Below are positions 37,666 to 49,589 of a stretch of 64,000 nucleotides of DNA, piece by piece (positions within the stretch are counted from its first letter, which is position 1; each line of letters begins with the position of its first letter). The DNA lies in contig NC_043013.1 in assembly GCF_006345805.1 (NCBI RefSeq), forward strand, positions 992,001 through 1,056,000, in the 5' to 3' direction. The translations under genes and the position numbers were made by a program. Source of the stretch: Octopus sinensis (Eukaryota). A model generated the notes under the pieces. The model was not told where the DNA came from. It was given only the letters and a program-made list of their open reading frames with translations, and searched no databases.

Positions 37666-38026
37666 GACAAATTCTTCTGCAATTTCTGAGTTCAAATTCC
37701 GCCGAGATCGACTTTGCCTTTCGTCCTTTCGGGTTCGATTGAAGTCGATGTTATCGACTCGTCCACTCACTCAAATGTCCAAGTCTTGTACCTGTGGTAC
37801 AAAAAAAATTACCTTATATTTAAGGCGAAGACAGCGAACTGGCAGAATCGTTAGTGTAACAGAGAAAGTGTTTGGCAGCGCATCTTCCGGCTCTTCTGAG
37901 TTCGAATTCTGCCGAGGTCAACTTTGTTTTTCATCTTTTCAGCGATGATGAAATAAAGAACATATCAAATACTGTGGTCGTTGTAATCGATTTGCCGCAT
38001 CCTCTCAAAATTTCTGAGGTGGGGTG

Positions 38027-38194
38027 CACTAGCGTAGCAGGGAGGGGGCGATAGGGGTGGTCCGCCCCGGGCGGCACTTTTAAAGGGGAACCACTTTGGG
38101 GCTCTGCTGTAGGCAATACGTGTTTTTTTGTGGGGTCCAGGGGCGGCAAACGGAAGGGCTGCCCCGAGCGGCACACACTCTAGCTACGCGAGTG
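38027..38194. mobile_element. GC-rich MITE with CACT termini (CACTA/EnSpm-like or Harbinger-like)
   Basis: TIR cactagcgtagc / gctacgcgagtg (11/12), a 3-bp TSD GTG on both sides, and an internal direct repeat gcccc(g/a)gcggca-like motif. Confidence 0.7.
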
Positions 38195-39135
38195 GTGAGG
38201 TGGGGTGGGGCTTGCCATCTTCTCTGCACTTTCATTTATTTACAGCCACGCAGGCTTTGGAATTCTGTTCATTTGACCATTAATAAGACATCCATCGGTC
38301 TCTAGAATCAGCGCCCATGACTCTTTTCAAAGCCTCCAGTGGGGAGACGTTTATCTACAAACCGAGACCCGATCCCAATCCTTGCAGCTGAATCAAACCC
38401 GCTAGAGGCATCCAGGGGCCTGGTGGTGGTGTTAAACCGGATGACAGATAAGTCTTCCGCCCAAATACAAGAACGATTCCCTCAAAGGGTTTCTGTAGTT
38501 CCCATTTGTTGATTTCACTTACAAGGCTTTCGTCAACTTGAGGCTAAAGCAGAAGGGTTGGGCGCGCAGCGGGTTTCGAAATTTGGACGCCCGTTAGGAA
38601 ATAAATGCCTGGCCAGACACATTGTAGATAGATATAATGTTTACAGTAATCTGCGTATTTTCACTCACGTATTTTCACCACTTCTAATTTTAGATCAAAA
38701 TTGCAGAATCATCTTCATACATTCAAAAGAGATGAAGCCTAAACAACATCCCTCTCTGCGAAGGTCTGGGAGTTAAATGACAAAAATATCGGTTTCCATC
38801 AAACGTCCAACGCTAGATATGCTAAGCGTTCTGTTGGTGCTAGATATAGTTGCATCTGTGCGGTTTGGAATTCTTGGAAAGCTTAAAATGCCCGGATGAT
38901 AATATTAATAGAGGCGATGGATTAAGAATCAAATGCCTGCGTTCTTCCCGTGGAACTTTTTAAATACTTGGGTTGATTCTATAGTCTTCTCCGGGTGCGA
39001 GACACGTACCCGCAACTCTACTACAATATACACCTTAACTACTAGCAATAAGATTCATGTATTGATTCATGTAGGTAGCCTACCGTATCCTAATACTATT
39101 AATACTAATAACTGATTCTATTTAAGCTACTTTGA

Positions 39136-39545
39136 GATCTTTTCCGTTTGACCGGCAGTTTTTAAAAATAATTTCCACGTAACTTAAACACTTTTAAACT
39201 TCGTATACTGGTAGAAAGTGTTTATAAAACATCTTTTTCTCTTGGCTTTATTGAGAAAATTCTATAGTTTGTAAGATATTTGTTGTTTTTTTTCTTCAAT
39301 TTCTGCAATTTCAACCAAACAATGACGTCTATTGAGGTGAAAACATTCTGTGCCGTATGAATATGTCCCTCGTTTAAGAAACAGATTGGGTTTATTTACA
39401 TTTCTTAAGAAAAAAAGATACCCTTCCCCCCACCCCTAACCCTAAAACAGATTGAAATGCAATAGATCGATACTAGGGTCATAATTATGGGTGACAATTT
39501 CATATGACACCCCTAGAAAAAACTGCCGGTCAAACCGAAAAGATC
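39136..39545. mobile_element. Non-autonomous DNA transposon with ~28-bp TIRs
   Basis: gatcttttccgtttgaccggcagttttt ... aaaaactgccggtcaaaccgaaaagatc, with a second partial copy at 18905. Confidence 0.85.
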
Positions 39546-39629
39546 CGCAACTTTTGCATAGCCTTCGTTCTAACGACATGTTCCGATGATTATAATAATA
39601 TTATACAACTTACGATTTAATAACTTTAA

Positions 39630-39852
39630 CCCATTAAGTCCCACTGTCCTATAAACAGGACACTAAATGAGAACATTAAATAAGCTATATCACATTGTCT
39701 CAGAGTCCTATTTATAGGACACCGAGTATTTCCATTTCTACTTGATGTAAAGGAGTTTTAATAATTATTTTCTTGATTTTAACCTATTTTCTATCATCTG
39801 TAAAAATTTAAAAGCACTATTCATATATTTAAGTACTCTGGGACTTAATGGG
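39630..39852. mobile_element. piggyBac-like MITE
   Basis: TTAA|CCCATTAAGTCCCA ... TGGGACTTAATGGG|TCAA, i.e. CCC/GGG termini and a TTAA target with one side mutated. Confidence 0.75.
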
Positions 39853-40031
39853 TCAATCAGTTTTCTTCTAATCTTACGTTCTACCTTTATATTTGCTTCA
39901 TCCTCCCAAGATCTTTACAATTCTTTATAATTCTGATAAATTCCTTTCACATTTTCTTAATACTCCCCTTTTTACTTAATCTGTATGATTTTAATTACTT
40001 TGTTTTATTCTTATCGGTAATGTGACAATAT

Positions 40032-40306
40032 TGGCAGAATCGTTAGCACGCCGTATTTCGTCTGCCGTTACGTTTTGAGTTCAAATTCCGCTGAGGTCGA
40101 CTTTGCCTTTCATCCTTTCGGGGTCGATAAATTAAGTACCAGTTACGCACTGGGGTCGATATAATCGACTTAATTTGTCTATCCGTCCTTGTTTGTCTCC
40201 TCTGTGTTTAACCTGTTGTGGGCAGTAAAGAAATAGGTATTTCGTCTGCCATTACGTTCTGAGTTCAAATTCCGCCGAGGTCGACTTTGCCTTTCATCCT
40301 TTCGGG
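40032..40306 (+). mobile_element. Composite SINE B with a Tx1-like tail and a 70-nt second body
   Basis: Junction gtaaagaaata|ggtatttcgtctgcc at 40235/40236. The second body stops at catcctttcggg. Confidence 0.78.
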
Positions 40307-41036
40307 ATTATTGCTCTCGAAATATATTAATTATTTTCTTTTCCTTTCCTTTCCTTTCCTTCTCCACTACTTCTTTCTTCGGAAATTTGGCAGAGACCTT
40401 CGCTCTTCTCTGCGATTTTTCCTTGGATAATTTTCTCTGAAGAATAAATAGCTGAATCTCGCTTATTTAAAGCTGATATTCTATTAACTCTACAATAATT
40501 AATTGATACACTTTAATCAATAGGAATTCAGTAATTGAATCTGTAAAGCTTGAATTTATTAACTATGTCGCTCCTTTGATGTACTAAACAATACAACACA
40601 GTAAATGGGTTCTTTTTGAGAGCAACGTCGGCAACTGACTTCAAAAATGTTTCGATAGGGCCAAATGTCATGCTTGATGATTGCTCTCTGAGGGTATATA
40701 AACCTCTTTTGCTTGTAACAGTTTGTTTTTTACCACCTTATTCTGCTATCCTCCCTCTTGATTCACTGATTATAGTTCCACCCACATTATATTTCTTAAA
40801 TGTTGGTAACTCTAATTCGAAATTTCACTCCTGGATGAACCGTTGATTCACCAGCAAGTCACTGCTCGCTTTGTATATTTGATAAGCCTGATGAACGGAG
40901 AGTTGCGTAACGGATTGCATATCCTTACGAGTGTTGTACATGTTAACGTCACAGCAAAAACTCTTAATGAAACAATTGTAGCAACACCACATAAGCCATT
41001 CGTCTGTTTTTACATCGACCACAGTGCGTAACTGGT

Positions 41037-41118
<82 letters not shown>

Positions 41119-41169
41119 AGAGAGAGAGAGCATATATATAAATAACATATATATAAATAACATACATAT

Positions 41170-41745
41170 AGCCCTGATATATTAACCACCGCTATGAAAA
41201 CACAAATAGTGAGCGGTGTTCCACAGGGCACTGTCTTGGGACCATTGCTTTTTATAGTGGCCCTCTCAGATATGCCCTGAAGTGCCCGGATAGCCACCCT
41301 TGCAAGCTATGCAGACGATACGAAAGTCTCGCAGAAAATACAGAATCCCAGCGATGTTGCACATCTGCAGCAGGAGTTGTACTCAATTTACAGATGAGCT
41401 GAGGATAATAATAATCAGTTTAGTGCTGAAAATTCCAAGCCCTGTGCTACCAGCATCCAAAACTGAATATGAAACTTACAGGGTACACCGGTCCACAGGG
41501 AATTTCAATCCCAGTAGGGACCTCGGTATCGACATGAGTGATGATACCTCTTTCCAAGTGCACATTACCAGGATGGTGACAAAGTGCAGACGACTGGCTG
41601 GATGGATCGTGAGTACATTCAGAACCAGAGATAAGGAAACCAGGATGGTTCTCTGGCAGACATTCGTCCTCAACCGCCTGAATTACTGCTCACAGCTATG
41701 GTCACCCAACAGTGAGAAATTAACAGCGGACCTTGAAGCCATCAG
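41170..41745 (+). mobile_element. CR1/Jockey-group LINE reverse transcriptase fragment
   Basis: SGVPQGTVLGPLLF, YADDTK, RDLGI and LNRLNYCSQLWSP motifs, interrupted by stops and frameshifts. Confidence 0.85.
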
Positions 41746-42006
41746 CATGGCCGCAGCTATGAGCTGAAACTACAGAAAAAAAATATATATACTCTTTACT
41801 CTTTTACTTGTTTCAGACATTTGACCTCGGCCATGCTGGAGCACCGCCTTTAGTTGAGCAAATAGACCCCAGGACTTATTCGTTGTAAGCCCAGTACTTA
41901 TTCTATCGGTCTCTTTTCCCGAACCGCTAAGTTGCGGGGACGTCAACATACCACCACCGGTTGTCAGGTGATGATGGGGGGGACAAACACAGACACACAA
42001 ACATAT

Positions 42007-42039
<33 letters not shown>

Positions 42040-42203
42040 CACACACATATATACGACGGGCTTCTTTCAGTTTCCGTCTACCAAATCCACTCACAAGGTT
42101 CTCGTCTGCCCGAGAAGATACTTGCCCAAGTGCCACGCAGTGGGACTGAACCCGAAACTGTGTGATGCTAAGCAAGCTACTTCCACACACCCACTCCTGC
42201 GCC

Positions 42204-42250
<47 letters not shown>

Positions 42251-42372
42251 TTATATTAAATTAGAGACAAAACACTATTAGGCAAATCAAACAATGAAAG
42301 ACTTAAGCCAATACATATGATTAATTTATATTATTTAAATATGTAACAATTATTAAAAAATATAATTAATAT

Positions 42373-42434
42373 CCACTACGATCGTTTCCTACCTGCTGTC
42401 TTTAAATTTTTGAATCGCATCATTCATCAGGTGG
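42373..42434 (-). ncRNA. Type I minimal hammerhead motif (same family as 3554-3617)
   Basis: CCAC-CUGAUGA...GAAAC-GAUC-GUA^GUGG. The core and 4-bp stem I are intact, but the stem II closing pairs have degenerated. Confidence 0.55.
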
Positions 42435-42696
42435 TTTCAAAATTTTTCTTGGCGAGTTTTAAACAATGAACTATCATACATATATATTCTTTTACTTGTT
42501 TCAGTCATTTGACTGTGGCCATGCTGGAGCACCGCCTTTAGTCGAACAAATCGATCCCAGGGTTTATTCTGTGTAAGCCTAGTACTTGTTCTAGCTGTAG
42601 CTTTTGACAACGCTAAGTTACGGGGACGTAACACACCAAAATCGTTGTCAAGCGATGGTGGGGGACAAACAGACACACAAACACGCATATACATAC

Positions 42697-42753
<57 letters not shown>

Positions 42754-42928
42754 ATACGACGGGCTTCTTTCAGTTTCCGTCTAATGATGTTATGAGTGAA
42801 GTGTTTGAGAAGAAATTAGGTTTAAAAAAGACAACGAATGTCATGCAGTGGGACTGAACACGGAACCATATGGCTGGGAAGCAAGCCTCTTACCACACAG
42901 CCACGCCTGCGCCTATATATAGTCTGCC

Positions 42929-42963
<35 letters not shown>

Positions 42964-43724
42964 GCGAGAAAGAGAGAGACAATGCAGGTATAAAAATTAT
43001 AACACGATTCAAATCCTTGATATATTAAAACTATTTCCACCTCTGGGGGATCTCTCATAAATTACCAAATGGCAACCAAAACCAGTTTCACTTGAGATGG
43101 CGAAATAATCTCAAGATTCAGGAATGCTGCAAAGTTCACATGCCGCTAAGGGTTGCGTCTGAAGATAAGAGGACAGTCGTGATGATGTATTCCTGCAACA
43201 ATATGCGTCATCAGTCCGAAAATTGTTGAAGCTTATCTCCAGTTTGCCAAGGAACAGAATAGAACCCATTTCTGGTTAACCCGGAGACGTTTTATTAAAA
43301 GATTCGAATCCACATTTGCTGGCTTTTGTCATCCCTTTTAGTTCTGGTATTACGGCCATCTTTTGACACTTCCTAAAACGACATAATTTCTTCTCAAACA
43401 CTTCACTCACAACATCATTAGCCAATAATTTTACTTTAACCAATATCTGTAACATATGTTCTGCCTCATTGGTATGCCAAGCGTATGTATTACAAGACTT
43501 TCAAAATGTCCTTGACCACATTTTAACTGGTCATTTTTACTTATTTTTTATCCCCAAAATCGTTGATGTAGCCATTTCGTACACTGCAACTAAAATAATT
43601 CACGTTGACATCAACTTCTCTCTTACAAAAAAAATCTTTATTTCTACAGTAATGTTTCCTGCAGGCTTTCCTTTTAGCAAAGTGAATATTTTTTATACAA
43701 TCATAAATCACATTTTCAGAAAAA

Positions 43725-44290
43725 CCTAAACCATTCATGGGCAAAGTGCAGCCCACAGATCTTTGTGAATGGCCACCAACGAGAAATTATCTTGGAATTT
43801 TTGGTAGTGCGACTCGCCTGAAGATGATTCATGTTTCATACTGCCCGCTTCTCGAAGAAGGTTGCACATGACTGAGATGAGCGAGTCCTTGGGAGGAACT
43901 ACAGGAGCTTAACCTGCTGCGATCGGTTTTGTGCCGGTCACAGTCGAGACATTAGGTGTTCTCGGACTCCGCACAACTGGTTTCCTCCGCAAAATCAGGA
44001 TAACAGCTGCCCGGCTGAAAATGAACCCTGCAAGGTGGAGTGGCTGTTGCAGAGAGTATCGCTGGCCATTCTTCGCGGCAGCACCTTTGCAATTATTATG
44101 TCCGCAAGGCGCAGCTGGACACGCCATTTGGTCTGAGGTCTCCAACCCGGCAGTTCCTCCCCCACCACCATTTTCTGTTGCTTAATTCCACCCCTCACAC
44201 CCTTTGTTTCTTTGGTAATTATGGGTTTCATTTTTCTCGATGATCTCATCTTTAATCCTATTCATGCTTTTTTACCCATTCTAATGATTC
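43725..44290 (+). mobile_element. CRE-clade non-LTR retrotransposon 3' fragment
   Basis: FVPVTVETLGVLG..TGFLRKI, then frame-shifted VEWLLQRVSLAILRG (cf. FxPxAxETxG...QRLSVAIQRGN of CRE endonuclease tails). Confidence 0.7.
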
Positions 44291-44561
44291 TGTCTCGAAC
44301 AAAACTCAAAGACTGCAAATTGGGAGAAACTCTGGAGACCAGTTTGTTTTGATTTGTATCTTTGAATGGAACAAGTTCACATCGCTGTTATTCTTTTCAA
44401 TCACGTGGTACATAGTTTTGTTTGCTTCCGATTTTATTCATCATTAAAACAAGAAGAAATAATCCAAGAAAATTCGTGTGGAAGCCCCTCACCGATACTT
44501 TAAATCCTAAAATGCTAATTCCATATTTTGGTATAGAATCGTTGGTAGATATAATTTTATT

Positions 44562-44803
44562 TACATTATTTACATTTGACGGATATTTGTCCTCATCTTG
44601 TTTGTTAACACAACGTTTCGGCTCATATATTCTCCTGCCTTCATCAGGTGTCTTAGGGAAATTTCGAACCTGGGTTCTCATTCCTACGGTATTTCTCGAT
44701 GTTATCATTATTATTATTATTCAGGTCGCTGCCCGGAATCAAACTCAGAATCTTAGGGTTAGTAGCGCGCGCTCTTAACCACTACGCCATATGCCCGTGG
44801 GCA
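44562..44803 (-). mobile_element. tRNA-headed SINE containing an internal hammerhead ribozyme
   Basis: A box tggcgtagtgg (44789-44779), B-box-like gagtttgattcc (44746-44735), a (TAA)n linker, the hammerhead at 44651-44608 and an (ATGTAAATA)-type tail. Flanked by a 16-bp TSD, tagatat(a/g)attttatt, at 44546-44561 and 44804-44819. Confidence 0.85.
44608..44651 (-). ncRNA. Type I minimal hammerhead ribozyme motif (dimer type)
   Basis: ACAC-CUGAUGA-A-GGC...GCC-GAAAC-GUU^GUGU, with a 4-bp stem I, an extra A after A9 and a palindromic AACGUU stem III with no loop. Predicted cleavage is at 44612/44611. Confidence 0.75.
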
Positions 44804-44937
44804 TAGATATGATTTTATTCTCACCACTTTAATGGAACTTGTGGTAAAGTCACGCTTACACAATTAAAGCGGTCAAAATTATACGCACTCCTGCTTTTTC
44901 AGTGTATCTATACAAAAGCAGGGGATAAACAAGTAGG

Positions 44938-45755
44938 TCATTTTTCTGTATAGTCTCCTTCCTTTTCAATGCACTTGGTCCAGTGGTACACAAGCTTGCG
45001 TATTCCCTCCAAGATGAAGGTTTCCGGTTGGTCGTGCAACCATTTATGCACTGCTTCCTTCACATCTTCATCCGCAGGAAATTGACGACCTCGTAAACCA
45101 TCTTTGAGAGGTCCAAAAATATGATAGTCGGAAGGGGCGAGATCTGGGCTGTAGGCAGGGCGTTCCAGCACCTCAAAACCCAATTGGTTAATGGTCTGGG
45201 CGGCCTTGTGTTGGCGTGCATTGTCAAGCAACAATACTTTCTTCGACAATAGGCTTCGGCGCTTGGCGCGAATTGCTGGCTTCAGTTTGTTGGTCAGCAA
45301 AGCACTGTATCTTGCACTGTTGATTGTAGACTCCTCTTCCAGATAGTATTCCAGTAGAGGCCCTTTTGAGTCCCCCAAAATGGTTAGCATCACCTTTCTC
45401 GCAGAAGACTGTCTTGAATTTCTTCGTCGCTGGAGAGCCGGGATGTTTCCACTCCATACTCTGTCGTTTGGATTCTGCCTCATAATGATGGACCCATAAT
45501 TCATCTCCTGTAACTATTCTGCTCAAAAATTCTTTGCCCTCATTGTTGTAGCGATCGAATAAACGTTGGCAGACCTCAAGACGTTTGTGCTTGTGCTCTG
45601 CAGTAAGCTCTTTTGACACCCATCTTGCACAAACCTTATGGAAGCCGAGATCATCGTGGATGATTTAATAGGCAGAACCATGACAATCCTTCTAACCAGA
45701 GAAATTGGATCGTTACTCTTTGTTCTTTGGTGCACATTGCTAGTGGAGCGGCCAT
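44938..45755 (-). pseudogene. Mariner transposase pseudogene
   Basis: MAAPLAMCTKEQRVTIQFLW..., IVTGDELWVHHY, DNARQH and HPAYSPDLAPSDY-like ERPAYSPDLAPSDYHIFG motifs, with frameshifts near 45400 and 45680. Confidence 0.9.
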
Positions 45756-45882
45756 GCTTACACTGTAAAGCCAGAAAGAAAAATGGCTCAATCAGGCTCA
45801 AACTTCGATCACATGACTACAACAGTACCAACTATAAGCACGCATACGCAGAAGGCGGTGTGACAATAATAAAGATATGATA

Positions 45883-47160
45883 CGAGACTACCCGTGACCC
45901 GTTAGGTCACCGGGAAATTCTGAGTTTCCCAGCAATGGGGTTTTTTCTCTTGCAGGTTATTTCGCATGCTTTCAATGAATGTTACATCGAAATCACGCGT
46001 AAACGGCTCCTTTCCCCAGAAAAGAAAGATTTGGTTGCTATTTTTTGCACGTCCTACTACCACGTAACAGGTATTTCGGGTCCTTTATCGCAAATAGCAG
46101 TTATGTGGTAGCAGGGCGTGCTATAAATAGCGGCTAAATCTTTGCAGGTGAGATGCGTTGAATGCACTCGGGAAAAAAAAAACCTCTGGAAAAAACTATT
46201 TCACACCGAGGTTACGAACGGTTCTTTTACGAAATATTTACCGTATTTTTAAAGTCATTTTCGCATATATTTTAAATATGCCAAAAAAACTTTTGTAATG
46301 GTATTCACTCGAAAATAATTTTTAAAAAACATTAACATATTGTCTGTTTAAAGAAAACTAAAATATAGATACTTACTCTTTTACTTGTTTCAGTCATTTG
46401 ACTGCGGCCATGCTGGAGCACCGCCTTTAGTCGAACAAATCGACCCCGGGACTTATTCTTTGTAAGCCCAGTACTTATTCTATCGGTTTCTTTTGCCGAA
46501 CCGCTAAGAGACGGGGACGTAAACACACCAGCATCGGTTGTCAAGCAATGCTAGGGGGATAAACACAGACACACATATATATATATACATATATACGACA
46601 GGCTTCTTTCAGTTTCCGTCTACCAAATCCACTCACAAGGCATTGGTCGGCCCGGGGCTATAGCAGAAGACACTTGCCCAAGATGCCACGCAGTGTGACT
46701 GAACCCGGAACCATGTGGTTGGTTAGCAAACTACTTACCACACAGCCACTCCTGCGCCTATACAAACAGCTTACATTTTTGAAATCACGTTCACTTAAAA
46801 ATATTTCTAAATATTAAAATATTGTGTTTGATAAATGCGAAAATAGAAACATTTACAGTGAAAAAAAACTCGTAGTTTTTCTTTGTCAAGTCGCAAAGAT
46901 AGAGTTTCTTTCCTTTCAGGATGAAGATTATTTTCGGAATATTTCCCCATTATGCACCGTTTGGGGTATTTATACCCAAAAACCTCTGATATCTTTAAAA
47001 CTACTTGTCCGATTTACGCGAAACTTGTTTCATTCTGTTCGTATTAACATTTCAGGGTAAACTTAATTCATAGTATATAGTATTTTTCCATTATGCTCCA
47101 TTGCAAGCAAGCAAGCAAGCAAACAAGATTCAAACTAACCTTTAATGTATTATCGATAGA
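45883..47160 (-). mobile_element. Non-autonomous Helitron-like element (contains a SINE A insertion at 46372-46760)
   Basis: Minus strand reads A|TC at 47160 ... GC-rich hairpin cccg-gtgacc-taacg-ggtca-cggg ... CTCG|T at 45883 (CTRR-like). It is inserted at an A/T dinucleotide without a TSD and has an internal (CAAG)n tract. Confidence 0.7.
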
Positions 47161-48072
47161 TGGCGAAAGTGCAGATAATTTTTGACTTACCTTTATTATA
47201 TGTGTGTGTGTGTTACTCAAAGGACATAACGAGTATGTCTACCTGCTGGAAATAACAGTCAAAACTCTTATTCAAACACTGATAATAACTACAGAAATCA
47301 GCCATCTGTGAGTATACGGGTTGAGAAAATCATTCAACATACCAATATAGCATCCATCTATATATTCTCTAGTGTTTGGACTCACGTGGACCGGTTTCTG
47401 GACTGGCATTATAGCCTCCCCCTCTTCAGCACGTGTTAACACAATGAAAAATCCGCCAACCTCTCACGTTGAAGTCTGCGCTGCAACTGATTTGTTTTAC
47501 ACCAAATCGTAGCATTTTCAGCAGAAACTATTATTATCTAGGATAAAATGATTAATATATATTCCCTATTCTTTGATTTCCTTTTCCCCCACTTAACTTG
47601 TCTCTTCCTCTCTCTCTCTCATTCTTCATTCTCTCTCTCCCCCTCACCATTCTTCATGGTCTCCTCGCACTATTCCCCTTCTTCTCTCCCTTCCTCTTGC
47701 TCCTCCTCCCCCCTTCCCGTCGTCCACCCGCGACGATACTTCCGCCCTGACTGCTAACTGTCTTTCTAGCCTGCCTTTCAAGGTAACTGGACGACTTTTC
47801 CTGCTCTCTCGTCATTCACAAAAAATTCTGCGTTTGCAATACTTTTTTCGTTCGGCGTCAACAGCCCTTCTTATCTTGTTTTCCCTGTCCTGTCTTTTAC
47901 TGTTATATATATTTTTTTACTGTTTATATATTTTTTTACTGTTTTTATTTTTTTGTACTGTCGTTACTGTCCTGTTTTTTCACCCTTTTTTTTACCATTT
48001 TTTTACCATTTTTTACCCCTCTGCGAAAAGATCTCAGAATTTTAATTGATTTGCTTTTCGCAGGAAGGAAAG

Positions 48073-48118
48073 TTTCTTGTCGAAGATATGTTTCGCTTTT
48101 ATCCTTCGAAACGTAGAG
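48073..48118 (+). ncRNA. Degenerate hammerhead-like motif heading a Penelope-like repeat
   Basis: uuu-CUUGUCGA-AGAUA...UAUCCUUC-GAAAC-GUA^GAG, followed by the caactgaagaagggg family sequence. Confidence 0.35.
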
Positions 48119-49589
48119 TAGATGAAACCATAGCAACTGAAGAAGGGGTTTTTTCTTTGTGTTAACTGTCCTGTACTCCATTTTTTGTTGTTTTTAAAAA
48201 AATGTCCAATTCCTTTGGTTTGTGTCTATGTTTTCGTTTCTCATTGTGTTCGACGTCCCTTTGGTGTCCTGTACTCATATATGCGTGTATATGTACATGT
48301 AGAGGTAGGTACGTACATATATGTTTATATATATGCATATGTTTTATTTCATTTATTAATATATATATATATATATATATACGCGCATACACGTATGTAT
48401 ACACGCACATGCACACACACGCGCGTATTTATTTACATGTATAATTCTTTCTACTATAAATTTTGCGAGGGAACACCAGGCGATTAAACTTAGCCCAGTG
48501 TTCAACAGCTATTTATTTTATCAACCTCGAAAAGATGAATGCAAAGTCGATATCGGTTGGAATTTGAACTCAGAACATAAAACCGGAAGAAGTGTCGCTA
48601 AACATTTTGTCTGGCTGGCAAACATTTCTGCCAGCTCACCGCTTAATATATATATATAAGAAATGAAGATGAATAGCTTGCCAATAGTTCAGTTCAGGAT
48701 GCAAATGCTTCAATAACCTAGTGAATTGTTTACATACGATAAGTTACGTGTGATGTAATACTGAATAATTTTCATTATATGCTAAATCACCAAACCGATC
48801 TGTCTACCAACGATCGAAAACGCTTGAAGAAATGACTGTGATTTAGTATATAAAACAATGTAAATTATGTAATATCACATCATATAACGTAATACTTCGA
48901 GTACAAATAAATTGCCATGCCATTGAAACATTAGTTTCATGAATTCAACTATTGACTATTCATCTTCATGTGTTATATTATTTTAACCGCCTGACATGTA
49001 CAACAAACGTTGTTACAGAATGGCTAACAGCATTCAAGTAATTGAGACTGCGTCCATTACACTATCGACCGAATGATTAACGAAGAATAATCATCAATAT
49101 CTCTACAGAGTATAACATTTTGGAGTTGTTCGGAAGTTAATGACCACGATTATTAAGATCCAAATCGATTGATGCACATACATTGCGATGGACCGGCGTC
49201 CCGTCCGGGGAAGAATATATACGCCAGCGAAACCGGCCCTTTTCTCCTTACGGACTAATGACACACTCGTGCGTATAGATACACATTTTCTTGACTCACA
49301 AAGCAGACGTAATAAATAACCAACATCACAAGATTCCCTGAACGGGAACACCGGCTCGAAGCAAGGTGCCAACTATTTTGATGGGAAGGAAAAAGGAAAA
49401 AGTTGGCTGGTGCTTTATTTTATCGATCCCGAACGTAAGGAGGGTGGAAGAAACGCTGCTAAGCACTTTGTCCGGAATGCTAACGATTCTACCTGCCAAC
49501 AGCCTTATACATATATAAACACACACGTAAAGACGCACGTATGTATATTTGTCTGTATCGTCATTTTTTGGCATCTTGGCCCAAATCGT

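Larger units (their letters stand above)
44857..47200 (-). mobile_element. Mariner (DD34D) transposon interrupted in its 5' UTR by a Helitron
   Basis: Degenerate TIRs taaag..gtcaaaa(a)ttat..gcact near 44865-44889 and 47168-47195. The transposase is at 45755->44938. Confidence 0.8.

Noticed and set aside
39430-39450. cccctaaccctaa telomere-like repeat
   Set aside because: Only two units, internal to a TIR element, so not an interstitial telomere array.
43060-43720. Partly open frames suggesting a decayed transposase
   Set aside because: No catalytic motif could be identified, so it is left unassigned.
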